NCBI GenBank assembly: GCA_964407105.1
Contig: CAYOUG010000002.1
Location: 11,041 to 75,040 of the forward strand
Source of the DNA: an uncultured Candidatus Saccharibacteria bacterium
GTDB taxonomy: Bacteria; Patescibacteriota; Minisyncoccia; Phycocordibacterales; CALRHW01
Direction of reading: 5' to 3'
DNA length: 64,000 nucleotides
The notes under the pieces were generated by a model. It was given only the letters and a program-made list of their open reading frames with translations. It was not told the origin of the DNA and searched no databases. Positions 49,496 to 59,207 of the stretch are shown here, piece by piece (within the stretch, counting starts at the first letter, position 1; each line of letters begins with the position of its first letter). Both the position numbers and the translations under genes were made by a program.

Positions 49496-50359
49496 GTGTC
49501 TAAAAAGACTATTGATCCTTGGATTGATGAGATGCGATCGATCTATGAAGTGGCTAGAAATTACCCACTACTTAGTCGAGAACAAGAAAAACAACTTGCG
49601 ATACTTATCGAGGCTGGTGGTGAGGAAGCTAAAAAATCAAGAGAGACGTTTTTGCTTTCTAATGTGCTTTTGGTTGTTTCTATTGCTAAAAAATATAGAA
49701 GATCACTTTCTTCCCAGTTTTCTTTTTTGGAGATTTTTAATCAAGGATTTTTTGGCCTTGTGCGTGCATTGGAAAAGTTTGATTACAGACGTGGGTATAA
49801 ATTTTCTACATACGCTCAGTGGTGGATTAGACAGAGTATCCAAAGAATTACCAGGATCGCATTTATGCATGGCACCCATGTGCCATACCATATGTACAAA
49901 AATCTTGGTGATTATCGAAAACAACAAGAAAGATGGATTCAACGTACTGGAAGAAAACCAACACCAGAAGAAACGTTGGAGAATTTTGGTTTCTCTAAAA
50001 AGGACATGAGACTCATCACGCGTCTTAATAGTCCTGAATTGGTTTTTGAATCTGTGCGTCAAAAAACCACCCCATCTTTTTTACTAGACGCTCAATCAAT
50101 AGCGTGTCGTGAAAATCTGCGAGAAAACATAAGAAAGGAAGTTTCTTTAACACTTATTGACTCCGGTTGGTCGCAGAGAGATTGTCGTATCGTGATGTTG
50201 TATTTCGGTCTTGAAACTGGCCAAAAACTTCCACTTGAAGAAATCGGTACGATTGTAAAATTAACAAAGGAGCGTGTACGTCAGATTAAAAATAAGACAC
50301 TGCCCATACTCAAATCATCAAAAACTTTGCGTGGGTTTGCAGAGGACAACTTTGAGTAG
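49496..50359 (+). CDS. sigma-70 family paralog (short, with regions 2 and 4 only; GTG start)
   Basis: FSTYAQWWIRQSI is region 2.4 and LTKERVRQIKNK is region 4.2. It lies immediately downstream of rpoD. Confidence 0.7.
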   Translation: MSKKTIDPWIDEMRSIYEVARNYPLLSREQEKQLAILIEAGGEEAKKSRETFLLSNVLLVVSIAKKYRRSLSSQFSFLEIFNQGFFGLVRALEKFDYRRGYKFSTYAQWWIRQSIQRITRIAFMHGTHVPYHMYKNLGDYRKQQERWIQRTGRKPTPEETLENFGFSKKDMRLITRLNSPELVFESVRQKTTPSFLLDAQSIACRENLRENIRKEVSLTLIDSGWSQRDCRIVMLYFGLETGQKLPLEEIGTIVKLTKERVRQIKNKTLPILKSSKTLRGFAEDNFE

Positions 50360-50439
50360 AACTCGTAGACAGAAATGTGTACGAGTTTTTTAATAAAACC
50401 TTGTTATTTTGGCTAAAAATGACGTGATATAATGCCCCC

Positions 50440-53439
50440 ATGACCGAGATGATTTTTCAAGATTTATACAAAAAACTCAATCCGGAACAGAAGGAGGCTG
50501 TAGATGCTATAGAAGGGCCTGTAATGGTGATAGCGGGGCCTGGTACCGGCAAAACGTCTATTCTCACACTTCGTATTGCTAACATACTTAAAAACACAGA
50601 TACGACGCCAGATAGTATTTTAGCCCTCACGTTTACTGAATCTGGCGTGCATTCTATTCGTAAAAAATTGGTGGATATTATTGGTTCGGCGGGTTATCGT
50701 GTGCATATTCATACTTTTCATAGTTTTTGTAATGAAATAATTAAAAATTATTCTCAAGAATTTCCGCGTATTATTGGTGCCCAACACATGACAGATGTTG
50801 ATCAGATACGTATTTTGGAAAACATTATCATAAAAGCGAAGCTTGAAATATTGCGACCATACGGTAATCCACTTTTTTATCTTAGACCGGCGCTTTCTGA
50901 AATTAAAAATTTAAAACGAGAAGATATTGATCCTGTGGAGTTTGCAAAGATAATAAAAAATCAAGAAAAAACATTTTTTGATATTGAAGATTTGTATCAT
51001 GAAAAAGGAAAATACAAAGGAGAGATGAAGGGTGAATACAAAAAAATACAAAAGAAAATTGAAAACAATAAAGAGCTTTTGTTGTTGTATAAGGAATACG
51101 AAAAAAGACTTGCAATCGAAAAACTTTTTGATTTTGAAGATATGATTATGGAAGTGCTTCGGGTTTTGCGCACAAACAATGATCTTTTATTACAACTTCA
51201 GGAAAATTATCAATATGTTTTGGCAGACGAACATCAGGATGCAAATAATGCACAAAACAAACTCCTCGAACTCATTTCGGGTTTTCATGAAAGTCCAAAT
51301 TTATTTATTGTGGGTGATGAGAAACAAGCAATTTTTCGTTTTCAGGGAGCGTCGCTTGAAAATTTTTTGTATTTTAAAAAACGTTTTCCTGACGCGCGAC
51401 TTATTTCTCTTTCACACAATTATCGTTCGTCACAACGCATTTTAGATGCATCATTTAATTTAATTTCTAATAATTTTGTTGCACTCAAAGAACTTAAGGT
51501 AGAACTAAAATCAGCAAAAAAAGGAGAATTTCCGTATATTCGTATTCATGAATGTTCTACGCAAAATATTGAACATGAATATATCGCAACTCACATTCAA
51601 AAACGTCTTGCTTCTGGTGTCGATCCCGCTTCTATTGCGGTTTTGTATAGAAACAATAAAGATAGTGAGCCGCTCGAGCGCGCTTTTAAACGAATAGGTG
51701 TTCCACATGTGACACATTCAGATTTCGATCTTTTTGAAGACGCAGATATACAAAAATTTATAAATATTCTTTTTGTTATCAATGATTTTGGTAACGATGA
51801 GTTTTTGGCAACAACACTTTTTGTTGACCTATTAAATCTTGATCATTTGGATATTTATAAAATTATTCATACAGCATACAAAGAGCATTTATCAATATTT
51901 AACACAATTAAATCTAGTAAATTACTCGAGCGGGCGGGTGTAGAACACGTCAAAACATTTGTTGATTTATACGCAAAACTTCACAAACTTTCAGTGCAAG
52001 CAAAAAATAAATCACTTATTGAGGTTATTGAAATTATTGAAAGAGAATTTAAATATGTTGAACATTTACTCTCACTTCCAAATGGTCAGGCAAAACTTGA
52101 ACTTTATGACACACTTCTTTCTCAAATTACTATGATTATAGAAAGACACAAATCATACAAACTTTCAGATTATATAAATTTTCTAAACACACTAAAAGAA
52201 CACAACATTTCTACAAAAGCGAATTCTTTTGTAGAAAACGGCGGAAGGGTGCATCTTATGACCGCACATAGATCAAAAGGTCTTGAATTTGATTTTGTTT
52301 ACTGTGTTGGTCTGACAGATGGTCATTGGGGCAACAGAAGTAATCCAACATATTTTAATACAGCACTATTTGGTCTGGATGCAGAAGATCATGGTGTGGA
52401 GGACGAGCGTCGTTTGCTTTATGTTGCTATCACTCGCGCTCGTGCAGAAGTTCACCTTTCATATTCTAAAAAAAGCGACACGGGTAAAGAGCTTTTACCA
52501 AGTCAATATTTGTCTGAGATAGGTGACACAAACATAGAAAAAATTTCTACAGATGATTTTGAAAAACAGTTTATAAAAGAGCGTGGAAAAAATATTGAGC
52601 AAAAAATACAACCACATGTTGCGGATGTTGCGTATATTTCCAATCTTTTTATCGAGCAAGGACTTTCTGTGAGTGCTCTTAATAATTTTTTGCGATGTCC
52701 GTGGAGTTTTATATTTCTTAACGTTTTGCGTATTCCGAAGACGCAAGAACGCCACCAGCTTTATGGCACAGCTGTTCACGAAACACTTAAAATATTTTTT
52801 GACGCATATCGACAAGATGTATTAATGTCAAAAAAAGAATTTATAGAATTATTTAAAAATTTTTTAAATCGTAAGGCACTTTCGCAAACAGATTTTGATG
52901 AAATGCTTGAAAAGGGCACACGAGCGCTTTCTGGATACTATGATACATATCACAAAATTTGGCACAAAACTTTACAAAACGAGTTTAATATTTCGGGTGT
53001 CTTTTTGCCTATTAAAAATGAAAAAAACCAAAAATTACTTTTAAAAGGAAATTTAGATAAACTCGAAATTCAGCCGGATGATTCTGTTTTGGTGGTAGAT
53101 TATAAAACAGGTGCACCAAAGTCACGCAATCATATAGAGGGCGATACAAAATCTTCAGATGGAGACTATAAACGCCAGCTTGTTTTTTATAAGCTTTTAT
53201 TAAAGTATTTTGATAATGGTAAATATAAAATGCGCGAAGGGGAAATAGATTTTATTGAACCAGATGAAAGGGGGCGATATAAAAAAGAACGTTTTGAAAT
53301 TACTGATGAAGATGTTGTGGCACTTGAAAATGACATTAGTCGTGTCGCCCAAGAAATATTTTCTGGATCTTATTGGAATAATACGTGTGATGATGTCAAA
53401 TGTGAATATTGCGCACTTAGTAAATATTTAAAAAAATAA
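50440..53439 (+). CDS. UvrD/PcrA-family helicase fused to a C-terminal PD-(D/E)xK (RecB/Cas4-like) nuclease with Cys cluster (AddA/RecB-like)
   Basis: The N-terminal Walker A is AGPGTGKTS. The C-terminal region has LVVDYKTGAPK (nuclease motif III) and CDDVKCEYC. Confidence 0.75.
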   Translation: MTEMIFQDLYKKLNPEQKEAVDAIEGPVMVIAGPGTGKTSILTLRIANILKNTDTTPDSILALTFTESGVHSIRKKLVDIIGSAGYRVHIHTFHSFCNEIIKNYSQEFPRIIGAQHMTDVDQIRILENIIIKAKLEILRPYGNPLFYLRPALSEIKNLKREDIDPVEFAKIIKNQEKTFFDIEDLYHEKGKYKGEMKGEYKKIQKKIENNKELLLLYKEYEKRLAIEKLFDFEDMIMEVLRVLRTNNDLLLQLQENYQYVLADEHQDANNAQNKLLELISGFHESPNLFIVGDEKQAIFRFQGASLENFLYFKKRFPDARLISLSHNYRSSQRILDASFNLISNNFVALKELKVELKSAKKGEFPYIRIHECSTQNIEHEYIATHIQKRLASGVDPASIAVLYRNNKDSEPLERAFKRIGVPHVTHSDFDLFEDADIQKFINILFVINDFGNDEFLATTLFVDLLNLDHLDIYKIIHTAYKEHLSIFNTIKSSKLLERAGVEHVKTFVDLYAKLHKLSVQAKNKSLIEVIEIIEREFKYVEHLLSLPNGQAKLELYDTLLSQITMIIERHKSYKLSDYINFLNTLKEHNISTKANSFVENGGRVHLMTAHRSKGLEFDFVYCVGLTDGHWGNRSNPTYFNTALFGLDAEDHGVEDERRLLYVAITRARAEVHLSYSKKSDTGKELLPSQYLSEIGDTNIEKISTDDFEKQFIKERGKNIEQKIQPHVADVAYISNLFIEQGLSVSALNNFLRCPWSFIFLNVLRIPKTQERHQLYGTAVHETLKIFFDAYRQDVLMSKKEFIELFKNFLNRKALSQTDFDEMLEKGTRALSGYYDTYHKIWHKTLQNEFNISGVFLPIKNEKNQKLLLKGNLDKLEIQPDDSVLVVDYKTGAPKSRNHIEGDTKSSDGDYKRQLVFYKLLLKYFDNGKYKMREGEIDFIEPDERGRYKKERFEITDEDVVALENDISRVAQEIFSGSYWNNTCDDVKCEYCALSKYLKK

Positions 53440-53478
53440 AAGAAAGACCCCACAACAACAAAAAGTTGTTGGAGGGTC
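53440..53478 (-). terminator. imperfect hairpin (GACCCCACAACAAC, loop, GTTGTTGGAGGGTC) with a U-run on the minus strand
   Basis: 12 of 14 bp pair. An A-rich run lies upstream on the plus strand, which gives a T-run after the hairpin for the minus-strand gene 53501-53998. Confidence 0.4.
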
Positions 53479-53500
53479 GTAATAATTGAGACGGTTTCGA

Positions 53501-53998
53501 TTATCTGAAGTGTGCGGTAAAATCGTGATGGTCGAGTCCGGGTTCGTCGTTGTCAATTGCGAGCCAGTGGATTGCAATTGAGCCTCCACCACAATATAAA
53601 TAGGGCACACAGATTCGTCCACTACAGTGAGGAAAAAGAACAGCAGATTTCCAGAGAAGAATGTTTCCAATTCTGCAAAACATCACACACGCATGACATT
53701 TTCTTTCCTGGATCGCAAGTCCGTCGCGCAGACTCAGACAGTTTTTGATGGAGTCGCTGTGGACAAGGTGGTCAAACAGAACTCTTCCGTGCACCGGACC
53801 AATTTTAGGTTTTTGACCCTCATAAAGCCAAAGCCCAACACTTGAGAGTGGATAACGAGCCGGTCCCTCTTGTTCAAATTGAGGAAAAGCAAGAATTTGT
53901 GCCCATGGTGGGTATGTTATATTTTTTCTGTGGTTGACAAAAATCAGTGCTTCTCGAGAACCCGCGAGCTTACCCAAAGGGTTCCAGCTACTAGCCAT
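53501..53998 (-). CDS. GC-rich hypothetical Cys/His-rich protein (165 aa)
   Basis: AAGGGAG sits 7 nt upstream of the ATG. Several Cys/His residues (CHAC..C..HC..C) are present. No family was recognised. Confidence 0.5.
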   Translation of the reverse strand: MASSWNPLGKLAGSREALIFVNHRKNITYPPWAQILAFPQFEQEGPARYPLSSVGLWLYEGQKPKIGPVHGRVLFDHLVHSDSIKNCLSLRDGLAIQERKCHACVMFCRIGNILLWKSAVLFPHCSGRICVPYLYCGGGSIAIHWLAIDNDEPGLDHHDFTAHFR

Positions 53999-54082
53999 TT
54001 TTGACTCCCTTCTGAAGGTTGGTGTTTTGGAAAATTATTTCCGTGCTCTTTAAAGACTATACATTCCAAAAAGATAAATGTC

Positions 54083-54117
54083 AAAAAAACAGCAATACTA
54101 GTATTGCTGTTTTTTTA
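54083..54117 (-). terminator. perfect 22-bp palindrome (ACAGCAATACT|AGTATTGCTGT) flanked by A7 and T7 runs
   Basis: It lies downstream of the dsbA-like gene on the minus strand. It is symmetric and could act in both directions. Confidence 0.55.
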
Positions 54118-54136
54118 TTTCCCTTTATAATTTTTT

Positions 54137-54928
54137 TTATTTTAAGATCAAATCGATTATTTGTTTTACTGCGTCATATGGTAATGCACCACTCATAAAC
54201 ACCTTTTTTTCATCTTTAGAAACTCCCATAATAGGAGAACCCTGCTGACCATATTGGTTGTTTATAGAATTTACAAAAGAAACAACTTCTTTACTTGCTT
54301 TATCTTGAAGTACAAAGATACTAAATGGTGTACCTCGTCCACCATTTTTCATTGCTTCCTGCACATCATCTACAACATCTTGTTTGTATTTTCCGCTAGT
54401 GAGACAGCTTTCAAATGCTGTTTTTTCAATTCCAACCGACACTGCAAGTTTTGGAAGTTCTGCTGGGTCGAGTTTATCTCCTGATCCTGTAGTTTCATAT
54501 ATTTTATTTATGTATTCCCAAAATTTTGCATTACCACCAAGCTGTGCTACACATTCTGTACTCTCTGCTTCGTTTCGAGCTTTTTTGTGAAGAGTATCAA
54601 GTGGAAAGTGTCTGTAAACCCATGTAAATTTTCCGTCTTTTCCATATTCATCTACAAAACGATTTAGGGTTTGGTGAAATACTTTACAGAAAGGACATTC
54701 GGTATCTGAATATTCTACAAGCACCACTTTTGAGTTTGGATTACCTACGATATGGTCTGAAGAATCAATTGGACGAATGTTGATATCAACCGCTTCTGCG
54801 CTCGGTGCTTGGTTTGCGGTACCCGCTACGGTGTTTGAATTTCCTTTATTGCTAAACATTACCGCGCCACCAATGATAACGCCGGCTACAATGATTGCAA
54901 TTGGAACGGTGAGAATATTTTGCTTCAT
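54137..54928 (-). CDS. DsbA-family thiol:disulfide oxidoreductase (membrane-anchored)
   Basis: An N-terminal transmembrane helix is followed by a thioredoxin fold with CPFC. Confidence 0.75.
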   Translation of the reverse strand: MKQNILTVPIAIIVAGVIIGGAVMFSNKGNSNTVAGTANQAPSAEAVDINIRPIDSSDHIVGNPNSKVVLVEYSDTECPFCKVFHQTLNRFVDEYGKDGKFTWVYRHFPLDTLHKKARNEAESTECVAQLGGNAKFWEYINKIYETTGSGDKLDPAELPKLAVSVGIEKTAFESCLTSGKYKQDVVDDVQEAMKNGGRGTPFSIFVLQDKASKEVVSFVNSINNQYGQQGSPIMGVSKDEKKVFMSGALPYDAVKQIIDLILK

Positions 54929-55008
54929 GAATTACGAATTATGAATAACTCAAACATTCTATCATAGTGTCGGGCGAAAAGGGAATAATGTGGTATTCTT
55001 TTGTGTGT

Positions 55009-55887
55009 ATGGATATATTTTCAGCTATATTTCTTGGTGTGGTGCAGGGAGCAACAGAATTTTTGCCGATATCATCATCGGGACATTTGATTTTAATGCG
55101 TGCTTTTTTAGGACTCGACATGTCACAATCTCTGGCCTTTGATGCTGTACTTCAACTTGCCACAACACTTGCGGTGATTTTATATTTTTGGAAAGATTTG
55201 TGGACACTTTTAAGCGTAAGAAATAAAAAAAATAACACAATTTTTGGTGCAATTGTGATTGCCACCATTCCTGCTGTGGTCGTTGGTTTTCTATTTGAAA
55301 ATAAAATTGATGCGCTTTTTAGAAATGCTCACAGTGTAGCGTGGGCACTTATCGCGGGTAGTGTTCTTTTTATTTTTGCAGAATGGTATGCAAAAAAACA
55401 TTTTTTAAGTGGTGAGAGTGGTGCGGGTGTTAAAAATATCACTGGGGAAAATATTAATAAAAGTGAAAATATAAATTTAGAAAAATATTTGAACCTAGAT
55501 AACGCAGAGCAAACCGAGAAAAGTAAAATTTCTTTAGTAAAAGGTTTGTGGATTGGCCTTTTTCAAACACTTGCTTTCATCCCCGGAATGTCTCGCTCGG
55601 GCGTGACCATATCCGGCGGCTTATTCCTCACCCTCCCACGCGCCCTCGCTGTCCGCTTCAGCTTTCTTCTTTCAATCCCGATCTTACTTGGTTCGGGTCT
55701 TAAAAAATTACTTGACCTGGGAGGATCGGGGAGTATTGATGCATCGCTAATTGTCGGTTCACTTTTTGCTTTTTTTGTTGGCCTCGCCTCAATTCATTTT
55801 CTAATTTTATTTTTGCGAAAGCATACGCTGAATGCATTTGTAGTTTATCGAATATTACTTGCGGTGATGATTTTTTGGTTTTTGTAA
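55009..55887 (+). CDS. uppP: undecaprenyl-diphosphatase
   Basis: The motif is GVVQGATEFLPISSSGHL and a PGMSRSG motif is present. There is a low-complexity Asn/Glu/Lys insertion (NITGENINKSENINLEKYLNLDNAEQ). Confidence 0.85.
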   Translation: MDIFSAIFLGVVQGATEFLPISSSGHLILMRAFLGLDMSQSLAFDAVLQLATTLAVILYFWKDLWTLLSVRNKKNNTIFGAIVIATIPAVVVGFLFENKIDALFRNAHSVAWALIAGSVLFIFAEWYAKKHFLSGESGAGVKNITGENINKSENINLEKYLNLDNAEQTEKSKISLVKGLWIGLFQTLAFIPGMSRSGVTISGGLFLTLPRALAVRFSFLLSIPILLGSGLKKLLDLGGSGSIDASLIVGSLFAFFVGLASIHFLILFLRKHTLNAFVVYRILLAVMIFWFL

Positions 55888-55954
55888 AAAATAAAAAACC
55901 GCTGTATATGTGTGCACATTACTAAACGTCACTGACTTTTTTGTATTCTTTGTT

Positions 55955-56539
55955 TTAAAACGGCAATGTAAAAGTCATTGCATTGCCCTCGGTTGATTTT
56001 GGTTTTTCCCACGCACTCGTATCGAGCTTTATTTCAATAGTTGCGCCACCTTCTTTAAATTTTAGTAAATTATTTTTAAGGGCGTATTCATAAATATCTT
56101 TTGTGATGCGCACGTCATCAAGACAGTATTGTTTTACTTTTTCTTTTTCACCTTGGCGCCACCACGTGACCGCTTCAAGTCCGTGACCAGATTTTTTTGT
56201 GCCGAGCGTGCCTTCTGCTATTTGATCGAGTTTCATTCTGCGACCAAAAGTCTCGCGAATTTCTTTTAAAATATCTAGATGATGAATTTTAGAAAGATCA
56301 CCAGCGTAATATTTATTTAAAAGAGGCAGGTCAAAGTGCTCTGAATTAAAACCAATCAAAATATCTGCATTTTCAAAAACCGGCCACATATTTGCAAACT
56401 CATGTTGTTCATAACAAACATATGATTCATCTGCAGAGTTGTATACACCCACAACAGAAATATCTAAAAGACTCGGGTCATTTTTGCCAACGTCGGAAAA
56501 AATATTACTTGTTTCAATATCAAAAACAACCTTTTTCAT
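55955..56539 (-). CDS. DnaQ-like 3'-5' exonuclease (DEDDh family)
   Basis: MKKVVFDIETSN (Exo I), FNSEHFDLPLL (Exo II), H..D near CLDDV (Exo III). Confidence 0.65.
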   Translation of the reverse strand: MKKVVFDIETSNIFSDVGKNDPSLLDISVVGVYNSADESYVCYEQHEFANMWPVFENADILIGFNSEHFDLPLLNKYYAGDLSKIHHLDILKEIRETFGRRMKLDQIAEGTLGTKKSGHGLEAVTWWRQGEKEKVKQYCLDDVRITKDIYEYALKNNLLKFKEGGATIEIKLDTSAWEKPKSTEGNAMTFTLPF

Positions 56540-56566
56540 AGTAAAAAATGAAAGAAATAAAATTGA

Positions 56567-57874
56567 TTAGTGCGCCATAGTGTTGGCGTTTATCATATCC
56601 ATAATCGCTTTAGTGTCATCCAAAATAAATTCGCTTTCTTCACGTGTTGTAAGATTTTTTATTTTGATTTTTTTCTGTGATACTTCTTGGCTACCGATTA
56701 TTACAAATAATGGAACACTGTCTCTAAGAGCTTTTTTTAATTGATCGCCAACAGCTTTGCTACTGTAGTCTATTGCGACATTTACACCAACATTTCGAAG
56801 TGTGTCAGCAAATTGTTGCGCCACATCAAAAGCATTATCGAGCACACCAACATAAAGCTGGGTTTTTGAAACTGGTGTTGGAAGTAATTTGTGTGTTTCA
56901 AGAAAATCACGAACAGTAACATCGCCAGCGCCAAAGCCCACAGCTGGTACTTTGTCATCACCAAAAAGCGTCAAAAGATCGTCATAGCGTCCACCACCAA
57001 AAAGTGATCGACGATTTTCTGGATTTGTGTCAAATATTTCAAATACGATGCCGGTGTAATAATCGAGCCCACGCACAAGAGATGGATCAAATACGACATT
57101 TTTAATACCAAGCATATCTAGGCCATCAATAAGCGCTACAAGATTTAAAATGAGGGGATTGTCTTCACCAAGCGTTTTAATGAGTTCTTTGTTTGATTCT
57201 ATTACACGCACAAAATCGTCTACTTTTTGATCGTGATTAAAAATACTCATTAGGCCAGTTTTGAATATCTCGATGGTAGTTTTATTTTTTTTATCGATTG
57301 TTTTTGAAACTTTTTGTGCATCTTCTGGAGTAAGGGAAAATTTTTCGTACAAAGCGTTCATAATTCGGCGGTCATTGATACGAATTTCAAAATCTGTATC
57401 TTGTGCGCCAAGATTTTTCATCAATCTGTGCGCTAGCACGAGTATTTCTTTTTCTGCTTCATTGTTTTCAACGCCGAAAATGTCGACGTTTAGTTGCCAA
57501 TGTTCTCGTAGGCGTCCGCGTTGGGGTTGTTCATAACGAAAAAGGTTTGGAATTGAATACCAACGAAGGGGGAAAGAAAGCTCACGACGACGTGCGGCTA
57601 CCATTCGTGCTACCGTAGGAGTCATTTCTGGACGAAGTGTTACGTCTCTGTCGCCACGATCTTTAAAAGAATATGTCTGCTCGTTTACAATTTCTTGACC
57701 GGATTTTTCTTTATACAATTCAGCTGGTTCTAAAATCGATGCACTGTATTCGCTGTATCCAAAGCTTTCTGCGGTTTGCTTCATTTTATCAAATATGTAG
57801 TTTTGCACCGCCATGTCTTCTGGATAAAAATCACGCACACCTTTGTACGAGTCTGTCGAAAGTTTCTTTGTCAT
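56567..57874 (-). CDS. hisS: histidyl-tRNA synthetase
   Basis: Class II motifs are present (YRYEQPQRGRLREHWQ; GGGRYDDL) together with a C-terminal anticodon-binding domain. Confidence 0.92.
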   Translation of the reverse strand: MTKKLSTDSYKGVRDFYPEDMAVQNYIFDKMKQTAESFGYSEYSASILEPAELYKEKSGQEIVNEQTYSFKDRGDRDVTLRPEMTPTVARMVAARRRELSFPLRWYSIPNLFRYEQPQRGRLREHWQLNVDIFGVENNEAEKEILVLAHRLMKNLGAQDTDFEIRINDRRIMNALYEKFSLTPEDAQKVSKTIDKKNKTTIEIFKTGLMSIFNHDQKVDDFVRVIESNKELIKTLGEDNPLILNLVALIDGLDMLGIKNVVFDPSLVRGLDYYTGIVFEIFDTNPENRRSLFGGGRYDDLLTLFGDDKVPAVGFGAGDVTVRDFLETHKLLPTPVSKTQLYVGVLDNAFDVAQQFADTLRNVGVNVAIDYSSKAVGDQLKKALRDSVPLFVIIGSQEVSQKKIKIKNLTTREESEFILDDTKAIMDMINANTMAH

Positions 57875-57980
57875 GAGCTACATTGTAGCTAAATTAAGTG
57901 TATTCTTCAAGAACAGCATTGGAAACAGTGCTTGAGAGAAAAAGATGTTTCCAATGCTATTTTTTGTTAGTATACGTCTT

Positions 57981-58727
57981 ATGTCGGTTTTGAATATATA
58001 TAAAAACCTTGGTGAAACGCCGCTGGAGGCGCTTGAGCGACTGCGTGTAGAGCAACCAGAATATAAAGATAGCAAACTCACATATGCTGGTCGGCTGGAT
58101 CCTATGGCTGAGGGTGTGCTTTTGGTGCTCACGGATGAAGACAATAATCGTCGTGATGAGTTTTTGGGTTTAGAAAAAGAATATGAGTTTGAGGTGCTTT
58201 GGGGTGTGGAGACCGATACCTATGATGTACTTGGAAAAATTGTCGCGGAAAAAATACCAGCGATTTTTAAGCCTAACGATTTTAGGAAAACTTTAGATAA
58301 ATTTGAGGGAGTTTATGATCAGCCGTATCCACCATATTCTTCTCAACCTGTGCAAGGCAAACCACTTTTTTGGTGGGCGCGCGAAGGTCGTTTAAATGAG
58401 ATTGAAATTCCGCGAAAAGAAATTGAAATTAAAAAACTCGAGCATGTGCGCGACACAAAAATTACCACGTCTGAATTGCGCGAAAAAATTCTTTACAACA
58501 TTTCGCTTGTGAAAGGGGATTTTCGACAAGAAGAAATTACCGCCGGTTGGCAGAAATTTTTTGCAAAATATCCAAGCGCAATTTTTACCATTTCTACCTT
58601 TCAAGCGACCGTTTCAAGTGGCGCATACATGCGCGGTTTCGCTCACGTTTTTGGAAAAGAACTCGGCTGTGGCGCTATTGCATTGAGGATTTTGCGCACA
58701 AAAGTAGGGAAGTATTCAAAAATTTAA
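57981..58727 (+). CDS. truB: tRNA pseudouridine55 synthase
   Basis: The catalytic Asp is in the motif AGRLDPMAEGVLLV. The likely start is MSVLNIYKN. Confidence 0.85.
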   Translation: MSVLNIYKNLGETPLEALERLRVEQPEYKDSKLTYAGRLDPMAEGVLLVLTDEDNNRRDEFLGLEKEYEFEVLWGVETDTYDVLGKIVAEKIPAIFKPNDFRKTLDKFEGVYDQPYPPYSSQPVQGKPLFWWAREGRLNEIEIPRKEIEIKKLEHVRDTKITTSELREKILYNISLVKGDFRQEEITAGWQKFFAKYPSAIFTISTFQATVSSGAYMRGFAHVFGKELGCGAIALRILRTKVGKYSKI

Positions 58728-58739
58728 TTTAATTTTGTT

Positions 58740-59159
58740 ATGTGTGTGTTTCTTGATATAGTGTTAAATGTGATCGAATATGGTATTCGTTCAACAAGGA
58801 GTTAACATGCCTTAAAAACGGCACGAGAGAATACAAAATTTTCCATGACGCCATGTGGCCTTGATCATCCATGTGGGTCGGCGGTAGCCAACCCGTCAAG
58901 TTTTGTCGTCCTGGGCATCACATTGCTTAGTGGACTAACTATGGATACAAGTCTGTTTTCTTTGTGAGCCGGTGGTAGTCAACCCATCCAGTTACAAACG
59001 TACTTTGTAGAAATGTGTACGTTTGTATAAATCTCTGTTTGTGACAGATGGAGATCGGGCAGGATTCGCACAATCTACTTACCACACCACGCTAATGTTC
59101 ACGTGATGCGGTAAATCCAAAATGGAGCATCCAAATGTTTTCACAGACATTTGGCGTCA
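58740..59159 (+). other. 470-nt GC-enriched non-coding region (candidate structured RNA or decayed gene)
   Basis: No ORF of 60 aa or more lies on either strand. Two ~30-nt direct repeats at about 75% identity (GGTCGGCGGTAGCCAACCCGTCAAGTT and GAGCCGGTGGTAGTCAACCCATCCAGTT) are roughly 95 nt apart. A 10-bp hairpin (ACAAACGTAC, 13-nt loop, GTACGTTTGT) and a mini-ORF (AAGGAG, 6 nt, ATG CCT TAA) are present. Confidence 0.35.
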
Positions 59160-59207
59160 CCACCGACACGCGCACACAAGTGCAGTCGGTGGTTTTTTTA
59201 TTTTTTT
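59160..59207 (+). terminator. rho-independent terminator (CCACCGAC, 17-nt loop, GTCGGTGG, then T8 A T7)
   Basis: A perfect 8-bp stem is followed by a long T-run. It overlaps the typA stop codon on the opposite strand. Confidence 0.65.

Noticed and set aside
58740-59207. RNase P RNA, tmRNA or SRP RNA in the long non-coding region
   Set aside because: None of the universally conserved blocks are present. I looked for GGAAAGTCCGGGC and ACAGAA.CCGGCTTA (RNase P), the tRNA-like TTCGA T-arm with a tag ORF ending ...ALAA (tmRNA), and GGAAGCAGC (SRP domain IV).
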